Shown piece after piece: positions 64,000-64,000 of a stretch of 64,000 nucleotides of DNA. The translations under genes were made by a program, and so were the position numbers. Source of the DNA: Macrostomum lignano (taxonomy: Eukaryota); the NCBI GenBank assembly GCA_002269645.1, contig NIVC01000434.1, positions 372,001-436,000 on the forward strand, written 5' to 3'. The notes under the pieces were generated by a model, which saw only the letters and a list, made by a program, of their open reading frames with translations, did no database searches and had not been told where the DNA came from. Within the stretch, counting starts at the first letter, position 1. The number at the start of each line of letters is the position of its first letter.

Positions 64000-64000
64000 T

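Overview
Eukaryotic (animal, invertebrate) genomic DNA: AT-rich intergenic sequence, GC-rich exons, GT-AG introns, TTAGGG motifs. A flatworm-like origin is my inference from composition only. All gene models were spliced by hand and checked for frame; family calls come from recognised motifs, not database searches. 1-12.2 kb is a nest of non-autonomous rolling-circle (Helitron-like) elements: a 3-unit head-to-tail concatemer and two copies of a satellite-laden element, one sitting at the exact centre of an ~870-bp palindrome. 12.7-20.8 kb holds eIF4H, a small membrane protein and a probable SANTA-domain protein among tandem repeats. 23-32.6 kb is a transposon island (deleted MULE, DIRS/Ngaro-like retroelement interrupted by a MULE-type MITE, decayed LINE, SINE). 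35-64 kb is gene-rich: an MH2-only SMAD ending in SSMS, an intronless vWA gene, a deleted Tc1/IS630 element, a 7-exon PNGase with thioredoxin-PUB-transglutaminase-PAW-PAW architecture, metaxin, ARL2, KLHDC10 and the tail of a probable C2H2 zinc-finger gene. Best leads: the PNGase architecture, the MH1-less SMAD and the Helitron nest. No CRISPR array, rRNA or intact tRNA was found.
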